Shown in pieces: positions 15,648 to 22,451 of a stretch of DNA of 22,451 bases; positions within the stretch are counted from its first letter, which is position 1, and each line of letters opens with the position of its first letter. The notes below the pieces were generated by a model. It saw only the letters and a program-made list of their open reading frames with translations. It was not told where the DNA came from and searched no databases. The translations under genes were made by a program, and so were the position numbers. Source of the DNA: a candidate division WOR-3 bacterium (lineage in GTDB: Bacteria; Hydrothermota; Tepidihabitantia; SM23-42; JAOAFX01); the NCBI GenBank assembly GCA_037444665.1, contig JBBILZ010000040.1:1-22451 (forward strand), read 5' to 3'.

Positions 15648-16790
15648 ATGGCTCGATATTTTATAACTTCGGAATCAGTTACTGAAGGTCATCCGGATAA
15701 AATCTGTGACCAGTCAGCAGATGCGATTCTGGATGCCATCCTTGAAAAAGACCCTTTTGGTCGGGTTGCCTGTGAAGTTTTGACAACAAGGGGGCTACTT
15801 TTTGTTGCCGGCGAGATAACAACCAATTGCTATGTTGATATACCTGATTTAATAAGGGATCTACTGATTGAAATTGGTTATACTGATACAGATATGGGAA
15901 TAGATGCTTATACCTGTGCAATCATTACTGCCATCCAAGAACAATCCAGTGATATCGCAATGGGAGTAAATATTGGTGGCGCTGGTGACCAGGGGATGAT
16001 GTTTGGATATGCCACAAAAGAAACAAAAGAATTAATGCCGATGCCAATAATCCTTGCCCACAAACTTGTGCGTCGGCTCACTGAGGTGCGCAAAACAAAC
16101 ATCCTGACCTATTTAAGGCCTGATGGCAAATCCCAGGTTACTGTGGAATACGACAATGACAAACCTGTTCGTATTGATACTATTATTCTTTCTGCACAGC
16201 ACCATCCTGATGTAAAGAATGAAAAATTGCATGCGGATTTGAAGAAGCATGTGGTTCAGGAGATTATTCCCAAAAAATTAATTGATGATAAGACAAAGAT
16301 TTTAATAAATCCTACGGGCAGGTTTGTTATTGGTGGACCACAGGGTGATACCGGTGTTACTGGTAGAAAGATTATGGTTGATACCTATGGTGGGATTGGA
16401 CACCACGGCGGTGGCTGTTTCTCTGGTAAAGACCCGACAAAGGTTGACCGCTCTGCTTCATATATGGCAAGGTATGTAGCAAAAAATCTTGTTTCCTCAG
16501 GAGTCTGTGATAAGGTTGAAATCTCTCTGGCTTATGCAATCGGCGTGGCTGAACCAGTGGCAATAAATGCGAATACATTCGGAACTTCAAAGATTGAAGA
16601 AGAAAGAGTCGTTAAAATATTAAAAAAACTATTTGACTTTACACCTCAGGGGATCATTGATAAATTGAACTTGCGCAGACCAATATTCAAAAAGACTGCC
16701 TGCTATGGCCATTTTGGACGCGAAGAAGAAGGGTTTCCCTGGGAAATATGTGATATGGCAGATGCCATAAAAAGAGAAGCCGGGATTTAG
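15648..16790 (+). CDS. metK: S-adenosylmethionine synthetase
   Basis: [69 protein letters not shown]. Confidence 0.97.
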   Translation: MARYFITSESVTEGHPDKICDQSADAILDAILEKDPFGRVACEVLTTRGLLFVAGEITTNCYVDIPDLIRDLLIEIGYTDTDMGIDAYTCAIITAIQEQSSDIAMGVNIGGAGDQGMMFGYATKETKELMPMPIILAHKLVRRLTEVRKTNILTYLRPDGKSQVTVEYDNDKPVRIDTIILSAQHHPDVKNEKLHADLKKHVVQEIIPKKLIDDKTKILINPTGRFVIGGPQGDTGVTGRKIMVDTYGGIGHHGGGCFSGKDPTKVDRSASYMARYVAKNLVSSGVCDKVEISLAYAIGVAEPVAINANTFGTSKIEEERVVKILKKLFDFTPQGIIDKLNLRRPIFKKTACYGHFGREEEGFPWEICDMADAIKREAGI

Positions 16791-16830
16791 TTAAGGTTTG
16801 TAAAGTCAGATAACCATAGAAAGGTATAAT

Positions 16831-18072
16831 ATGGAATATAACATTAAAAATATTAAGTTATTCAGTGAAGGGGAGAAAAGGATTGAGTGGGCAGAATCAA
16901 AGATGCCCGTTTTAAAAATGGTTCGTGAACGATTTTCCCGAGAAAAGCCGCTGAAAAATTTCCGTATCGGCTGTTGCCTCCATGTCACCACTGAAACCGC
17001 AAACCTTATCCGAACCCTTAAGGCAGGTGGTGCCCAGGTATTTTTGACTGCCTCAAATCCATTATCAACCCAGGATGATGTTGCTGCAGCCCTGGCAAAG
17101 GACGGCATCAATGTTTTCGCAATAAAAGGAGAATCCCGCAAAGAGTATTATCACAATATGAATCAAGTCTTGAATAAAAAACCACAGATCCTTATTGACG
17201 ATGGTGCAGATTTGATCTCCACTGTCCACAAGAAAAAGATTAAAGGCATTCTGGGTGGAACTGAAGAAACAACAACCGGAGTTATAAGATTAAAACAGAT
17301 GGCGCAGGACAATGTGCTCCAGTTTCCCATTATTGCAGTCAATGATTCTTTAACCAAACATCTTTTTGATAATCGCTATGGAACAGGACAATCAACTATT
17401 GATGGAATCTTAAGGGCAACAAATATCTTGATAAGCGGATGTAATTTTGTGGTGGCTGGCTATGGCTGGTGCGGCAGAGGATTGGCAATGCGTGCCCGAG
17501 GTTGTGGTGCAAATGTAATCGTTACTGAGGTTGACCCGGTCAAGGCACTTGAAGCAAGGATGGACGGCTATCAGGTTATGACCATGGCTCAAGCAGCACT
17601 GATTGGTGATGTATTTATCACAGTGACTGGAGACATAAATGTCATAAGAAAAGAACATATGCTCAAAATGAAAGATGGCGCAATCATTGGCAATTCCGGG
17701 CACTTTGATGTTGAAATTGATAAAAATGGCCTCAAAAAAATTACCAGGAAAAAAAGATTGATTAGAAATTTTTGTGAGGAATATACCATGAATAACAATA
17801 AAAAAATTTATCTTTTGGCAGAAGGAAGACTGGTCAATCTTGCAGCAGCAGAGGGCCATCCTGCAATGGTTATGGATATGTCATTTGCAAATCAGGCATT
17901 GGCTGTGGAGTATATCATAAATAATCCTGAATTAAAAAATCGCGTCTATTCATTACCGATTAATATTGATCAGGAGATTGCCCGATTAAAATTAAAATCA
18001 ATGGGCATTAAGATTGACCATCTGACTTTAGAACAAAAGCGATACCTCGCTTCCTGGGAAATGGGCACATAA
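16831..18072 (+). CDS. ahcY: S-adenosylhomocysteine hydrolase (short form, 413 aa)
   Basis: [72 protein letters not shown]. Confidence 0.97.
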   Translation: MEYNIKNIKLFSEGEKRIEWAESKMPVLKMVRERFSREKPLKNFRIGCCLHVTTETANLIRTLKAGGAQVFLTASNPLSTQDDVAAALAKDGINVFAIKGESRKEYYHNMNQVLNKKPQILIDDGADLISTVHKKKIKGILGGTEETTTGVIRLKQMAQDNVLQFPIIAVNDSLTKHLFDNRYGTGQSTIDGILRATNILISGCNFVVAGYGWCGRGLAMRARGCGANVIVTEVDPVKALEARMDGYQVMTMAQAALIGDVFITVTGDINVIRKEHMLKMKDGAIIGNSGHFDVEIDKNGLKKITRKKRLIRNFCEEYTMNNNKKIYLLAEGRLVNLAAAEGHPAMVMDMSFANQALAVEYIINNPELKNRVYSLPINIDQEIARLKLKSMGIKIDHLTLEQKRYLASWEMGT

Positions 18073-18111
18073 CAAAAATATAAAGGATAAGATTATTTTA
18101 AAAAAAAAGCC

Positions 18112-18139
18112 TTGACTCTATAAGTAAATTAAATACAAT
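18112..18139 (+). promoter_or_regulatory. sigma70-like promoter
   Basis: TTGACT (18112-18117), 16 bp, TACAAT (18134-18139), preceded by an A-tract; SD AGGAGG at 18148-18153. Confidence 0.72.
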
Positions 18140-18158
18140 TTAATATCAGGAGGCGGCG

Positions 18159-18677
18159 ATGGAAAGAAGAAGGTTTTTAAAGATTTTAATGGCAGGTGGT
18201 ATTGGTGCATTAATTAATAGACCATTGAGCAATCCTTTAAAAACCCTCTTTACTAAATCAAGATACATTCCACCTCCCCAGGTAAATACATTCTCTTCAG
18301 AAATCATGCTCAATAGTAGACGCTCTTATCATAGCGGTTATACAAGCAGTCTTACTGACCAGATTCTTGCCAATATCCTATGGGCAGGTTCGCGTGCACC
18401 ATTGATTGGAGCAAATCGGATAATCTATGTTGCCCGAAGCGATAATGTATATCGTTATGACCCAAACCTGCATGATATCATTGTGCATCTCTCTGGAAAC
18501 CATAAATCAGAATCAAGTGCTGCCTTTGAAGTTGGTATTGCATCTGATATCCCTGAGGATGCCGGAACCGCAATCCAGTATGCATTACTTGCTGCCATCT
18601 CTTTCTGGACAACAAACACGAACCAACCGGCTTGCATTCCAAAAGAGAGTGCAAGAACCAATGCCCAGAATACCTGA
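18159..18677 (+). CDS. N-terminal part of a Tat-exported nitroreductase-like (SagB/ThcOx-type) protein; ends at an in-frame TGA
   Basis: MERRRFLK twin-arginine signal; RRSYH...LT...LANILWAG...IYV...VYRYDP nitroreductase-like pattern; same frame as 18699-19646. Confidence 0.65.
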   Translation: MERRRFLKILMAGGIGALINRPLSNPLKTLFTKSRYIPPPQVNTFSSEIMLNSRRSYHSGYTSSLTDQILANILWAGSRAPLIGANRIIYVARSDNVYRYDPNLHDIIVHLSGNHKSESSAAFEVGIASDIPEDAGTAIQYALLAAISFWTTNTNQPACIPKESARTNAQNT

Positions 18678-18698
18678 AATCCCGCACTCACGATTCAG

Positions 18699-19646
18699 AT
18701 GGTAAATGTCTATGGCTTAATGAGTTCTGTTAGTGGTATCACATCCCAGTGTGTTGCCCATTCCTCAAACGGAAGTCTACCCGACCCCATTACCAATGGT
18801 ACAGTTCTACTGGAAAACGCCCTTAACAATCTTAAATACGGAAGTCTATTCGCTGATACAGAATTAACACTCAGCCAGCTCTCCCAGATTGCCTGGGCAT
18901 CTTATGGTAATACTCCGCATACCACATCAAATAATCGGGCAGGGTTAACTGTTCCCTCAGCAGTTGCAAATTATTATTTGACGGGAATGATCTATATTGT
19001 CAGGTCTGCGGGTGTTGAAAGGTATCATATTCGTGATAATTCTGGACAACCAAATACAAGAGACCATCGTATTGAAATGGTCACTAATGGAGATATGAGA
19101 CCCCAGTTGAGAAGTGCTATTCCCCGTTTACCACAGATCGCACCAAACTATTTTGTCTATTGCGCTACGACCGCAAGCAGGTATCAATTACTTGAAGCAG
19201 GATTTGCTGGTGCCAGTGCACTTTTACAGACTACGTCCATAAATCTGCAAGGACATTTTACTGCAAACTTCTCTTCTGCTGAAAGAACTGCCATTATCAA
19301 TGCCCTGGGTATACCTGCAACTGACCTTCCATTATTAATATTCTCTGCAGGGCAGGAATTCGTCGGTATGGAAGAGCGCGAAGATAAATCTGTCAAAGCA
19401 ATTACGGTCTCACCAAATCCATTTCAGGATAGAACCACGATAAACTATACTTTAAGAAGACCAGAACGCGTGAACCTCTCTATCTATGATTCTGCAGGTT
19501 TACTCGTAAAAGTTATCCATGATGGCTTGCAGAATGCGGGAAATTATAAGATGGTCTGGAATGTTAAGAATGTTAGGCCAGGAACATACTTTATAATAAT
19601 AAAGATTGGTGCGCAACAGTATCAGGAAAAGTTGATAAAATTCTGA
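18699..19646 (+). CDS. C-terminal part: second nitroreductase-like domain plus T9SS type A/FlgD-Ig-like C-terminal sorting domain
   Basis: LTLSQLSQIAWASYG...TVPSA..YY...IYIV...GVERY, LEAG; CTD pattern PNPF..TTINYTL...VNLSIYD.AG.LVK.....AGNY..VWN...PGTYFI; no SD before ATG 18699. Confidence 0.7.
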   Translation: MVNVYGLMSSVSGITSQCVAHSSNGSLPDPITNGTVLLENALNNLKYGSLFADTELTLSQLSQIAWASYGNTPHTTSNNRAGLTVPSAVANYYLTGMIYIVRSAGVERYHIRDNSGQPNTRDHRIEMVTNGDMRPQLRSAIPRLPQIAPNYFVYCATTASRYQLLEAGFAGASALLQTTSINLQGHFTANFSSAERTAIINALGIPATDLPLLIFSAGQEFVGMEEREDKSVKAITVSPNPFQDRTTINYTLRRPERVNLSIYDSAGLLVKVIHDGLQNAGNYKMVWNVKNVRPGTYFIIIKIGAQQYQEKLIKF

Positions 19647-19661
19647 AAAAAATCTCTACAC

Positions 19662-19689
19662 TTGATTTTTCAATTTAATTGATTAAAAT
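19662..19689 (+). promoter_or_regulatory. sigma70-like promoter
   Basis: TTGATT (19662-19667), 16 bp, TAAAAT (19684-19689); SD AAGGAGG before ATG 19719. Confidence 0.62.
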
Positions 19690-19718
19690 TTAACACCAAC
19701 TTGCTCTAAGGAGGCAAA

Positions 19719-20516
19719 ATGAAAAAACTGATGCTCATCATCTGTACCCTTATTTTTTTGTGCCCTTTGATTCTTTATGGTGGTATTGAATGGCAGGCAC
19801 AGGTTTTAACAAAAACCAAAGACAAGGAATCAAAAATGGTTATGCACGGATATGCACAAAAAGGTATGGTGCGTGAGGAATATATTGAGGTCTCTGAGGG
19901 AATGAATCAATTAACTAAAAAAGGAATGTACTGGTTATACTTTAGCGATAAAAATGAAGTATACATCGTAGACCCTGAAGAAAAATCTTATTTTGTAATG
20001 AATATTGATTCATTATCCAAATTTATGAGTGCTCTGGGACAGTTCATTAAATTTACTATCTCTAATGCCAAAATAGAAGTAAAAGAACTCGCAACCGAAC
20101 AGGTGCTCGGAATTGATTGCAAACATCTTCAGTTAAATAGTTCATATGATATGGAAACAAAAATTATGATTATGAAGGTAAAATCGCATACTGAAGAAAC
20201 AAAAGAGATATGGGCAACAACCAGACACATTGAAGATATCTCACTCAATTTCTCAAAAAAATCATTCTCCACTGGTATTGCTGACCTTGATTCAATTATA
20301 CGCAAAGAAATAGAAGTTTATGGCAATATTGGATTCATCCTGAAATCAATTACGACAAATAAAACCACAGATGCAAAAGGTAAGGTCACTTCAGAAAGCA
20401 CTTCAGAAATGGTCATAGAAAATTTAACAGTCAAAGAACTGAGTGAAGACCTCTTCAAAATTCCCGCAGATTATAAACAGATTGAATTTAATATCAAACT
20501 GGAGGATGATAACTGA
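19719..20516 (+). CDS. Secreted DUF4412-like protein
   Basis: Signal peptide; beta-rich; YIVDPEEKSY, EQVLGIDCKH, EIWAT, and C-terminal DLFKIPADYK, patterns recalled for DUF4412/GLPGLI-like proteins. Confidence 0.6.
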   Translation: MKKLMLIICTLIFLCPLILYGGIEWQAQVLTKTKDKESKMVMHGYAQKGMVREEYIEVSEGMNQLTKKGMYWLYFSDKNEVYIVDPEEKSYFVMNIDSLSKFMSALGQFIKFTISNAKIEVKELATEQVLGIDCKHLQLNSSYDMETKIMIMKVKSHTEETKEIWATTRHIEDISLNFSKKSFSTGIADLDSIIRKEIEVYGNIGFILKSITTNKTTDAKGKVTSESTSEMVIENLTVKELSEDLFKIPADYKQIEFNIKLEDDN

Positions 20517-20532
20517 ATAAAAGCAATACATA

Positions 20533-20560
20533 TTGACTTAATATAAATTAAGAATATAAT
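20533..20560 (+). promoter_or_regulatory. sigma70-like promoter
   Basis: TTGACT (20533-20538), 16 bp, TATAAT (20555-20560); SD GAGGTG at 20568-20573. Confidence 0.78.
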
Positions 20561-20576
20561 TGTTGCTGAGGTGATT

Positions 20577-21176
20577 ATGAAAAAGATAATCTTTTTGTTG
20601 TTTGCCTTAACAATTATTCTTACCGGGCAGTGTCTAACACCTTTCAAGGCATATATTGGACCGCTTATAGGCCCTAATTATAGTAATTTTGACCCGAAAG
20701 ATAATGCAGGAACATTATCCGGTACTGGTTTCCAGATTGGTCTGGGTATGGGTGTAGAGTTATTCAATACCCTCGGAATACAAATGTCACCAATGTTTAA
20801 AACAACATCATTTAATAGAACAATCTTAAATGTTCCAACCGGTGCAAATTTTAATAATTTATACTTTCCTGTATCCTTACAATTAAAGGCAGGTGCTCTG
20901 CCACTGGTCAGCCCTTATTTTGGTCTTGGTCTTGCTGGCAACTTCCAGATGGACGGCACACTGTATGTTGGCGAATTGGAATCAAGTGTTGATGAACTTG
21001 AAAATGACCTTTATTTCTCACTTTCCCTGGGAACAGATATCAAATTGACTAAATTAAAAATAACACCGGAATTTGCCTTTAATTATAATTTGACTGCTGA
21101 TGACCCGGATACCCAGAACCGAACCGAAACAAATTATGAATTAAACTTCTCTGTTGGAATCTTTTTCACACCTTAA
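20577..21176 (+). CDS. Outer-membrane beta-barrel protein (about 8 strands; PorT/OmpA-TM-like)
   Basis: Start moved to ATG 20577 (the track's GTG lies inside the SD). Signal peptide, alternating amphipathic strands, PYFGLG, C-terminal FSVGIFF beta-signal. Confidence 0.75.
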   Translation: MKKIIFLLFALTIILTGQCLTPFKAYIGPLIGPNYSNFDPKDNAGTLSGTGFQIGLGMGVELFNTLGIQMSPMFKTTSFNRTILNVPTGANFNNLYFPVSLQLKAGALPLVSPYFGLGLAGNFQMDGTLYVGELESSVDELENDLYFSLSLGTDIKLTKLKITPEFAFNYNLTADDPDTQNRTETNYELNFSVGIFFTP

Positions 21177-22451
21177 ATGCATGAATATGGCATAGACATC
21201 GGCTCAGTAAGCATTAAGGTTGCCGAATTTTATCAGGGCAATCTTATCAGAACTGATTATATACTACACCAGGGTAGCCCTTATAATCTGCTGTTAAAAA
21301 TTATTAAAAATATAAAAAACCCGGAAAAGATTGTCATCACAGGCAATGCTCCTGCAGCAGTCATCGAAAGTTTAGGCATAATGCGCATAAATGAAGTTGA
21401 AGCCATTATTAAAGGAATTAGTCTATTCCACAAAGAAATAAAATCAATCATTGAGATTGGTGGAGTAAATTCAAAATTTATTATACTTAACAAGGGCTTA
21501 ACTGATTTCTCTTCTAATACATTATGCGCTGCAGGTGCGGGTATATTCCTTGACCAGCAGGCACAGAGATTATCCATCTCCATAGAGAATTTTGGTGATG
21601 TTGCCCTCAATTCTAAGAATCCAGTTCGTATTGCAGGCAGATGTTCAGTATTTGCCAAAAGTGATATGATTCACCTTCAACAAATAGGGACGCCGGTTGA
21701 GGACCTGGTTGCCGGGCTCTGTTATGCCCTGGCAAGAAATTTTAAGAGTGCCATAATTAAAGGCAGAACCGTAGAATCGCCTGTTGCATTTATTGGTGGA
21801 GTTGCAAGGAACAGAGGTATGTCACGGGCACTGAAAGAGATACTTGAACTGGGTGGTGATGAATTTATCATTCCCGAATATCATAACGCAATCAGCGCAA
21901 TCGGTGCGGTCATCTGTGCCCGGGAAGCAGGCTGGCACATTAGATTTAATGGTGTTGAAAATTTTGAAAAATGGTTAAGTAGCCCGGAAAAGATTAGCAG
22001 ACTACCACCCCTTGATGGAAGAAAATCCTGGCAACCAAATATTCGTGTCCAACCGCCCGTCACAAAGACAAAGGCATACTTAGGGATTGATGTCGGCTCA
22101 ATCTCAACCAATCTTGTCCTCATTGATGAGAATGGTAATGTCCTCTGCCGAAGATATTTGTGGACAAAAGGCAGACCTATTGATGTAGTAATTGAAGGGC
22201 TTGCCGAACTAAAAAATGAAGTCGGAGATAGAGTAGAAGTCATAGGCGCCGGCACTACTGGTTCAGGACGCTATTTAATCGGAGAGCTCATTGGTGCGGA
22301 TTTAATAAAAAATGAGATATCAGCACAGGCAAGGGCAGCCATTGAGATTGACCCGGATGTAGATACGATATTTGAAATAGGTGGCCAGGATTCAAAATAT
22401 ATTAGTATTGAAAATAAAACTATTGTTGACTTTGAAATGAATAAAGTCTGC
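21177..22451 (+). CDS. 2-hydroxyacyl-CoA dehydratase activase-like protein (tandem BadF/BadG/BcrA/BcrD ATPase domains), truncated by the window edge
   Basis: Not in ORF track; ATG directly follows the upstream TAA. MHEYGIDIGSVSIK, NEVEA, IEIGG.NSK, NTLCAAGAGIFLDQQA, AGRCSVFAKSDMIH, GGVARN; second domain LGIDVGSISTN, TGSGR, FEIGGQDSKY, MNKVC. Confidence 0.92.
   Translation, partial: MHEYGIDIGSVSIKVAEFYQGNLIRTDYILHQGSPYNLLLKIIKNIKNPEKIVITGNAPAAVIESLGIMRINEVEAIIKGISLFHKEIKSIIEIGGVNSKFIILNKGLTDFSSNTLCAAGAGIFLDQQAQRLSISIENFGDVALNSKNPVRIAGRCSVFAKSDMIHLQQIGTPVEDLVAGLCYALARNFKSAIIKGRTVESPVAFIGGVARNRGMSRALKEILELGGDEFIIPEYHNAISAIGAVICAREAGWHIRFNGVENFEKWLSSPEKISRLPPLDGRKSWQPNIRVQPPVTKTKAYLGIDVGSISTNLVLIDENGNVLCRRYLWTKGRPIDVVIEGLAELKNEVGDRVEVIGAGTTGSGRYLIGELIGADLIKNEISAQARAAIEIDPDVDTIFEIGGQDSKYISIENKTIVDFEMNKVC

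Noticed and set aside
16825..16830. TATAAT directly before the ahcY ATG
   Set aside because: A transcript from it would start inside the CDS, and there is no suitably spaced -35; it is just the SD-ATG spacer.
699..22255. Remaining short ORFs in the track (e.g. 699-980, 2547-2813, 3552-3944, 7406-7852, 11558-11932, 17410-17859, 21281-21658, 21881-22255)
   Set aside because: They overlap well-supported genes antisense or out of frame and show no recognisable motifs.
1..22451. CRISPR array, transposase, integrase or prophage genes
   Set aside because: No regularly spaced repeats or mobile-element ORFs seen in the window.

Overview
AT-rich bacterial chromosomal segment (standard code; TAA, TAG and TGA all end genes). 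The gene content, including a T9SS/FlgD-Ig-type C-terminal domain, lipoproteins and an OM beta-barrel, fits a diderm FCB-group lineage such as candidate phylum WOR-3, but this is inference and not provable here. Most of the window is housekeeping: a partial Spy/CpxP-like gene, a PimA-like GT4, cyclophilin, rpsA-mtaB-miaB, pcm, tRNA-Pro(CGG), a TIGR00725/LOG protein, acyP, apt, rpsT, a GT-C glycosyltransferase, an Rsm22-like methyltransferase, metK, ahcY, and a partial CoA-dehydratase activase. Main unusual items: (1) a tightly coupled cassette of a cytoplasmic trypsin protease with two zinc ribbons, a YbjN-like protein and a prokaryotic pentameric ligand-gated ion channel; (2) an FHA-GGDEF cyclase overlapping a membrane-anchored Ser/Thr kinase; (3) nine sigma70-like promoters that all have a 16-bp spacer, three of which predict leaderless mRNAs; (4) a duplicated tRNA-Pro 3' portion whose T-loop is interrupted by 83 bp of tandem and nested palindromes; (5) a Tat-signal, tandem nitroreductase, T9SS-type CTD gene split by one in-frame TGA; (6) a probable CTG start codon right after rpsT. 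All family calls come from motif recognition by eye, not database searches.
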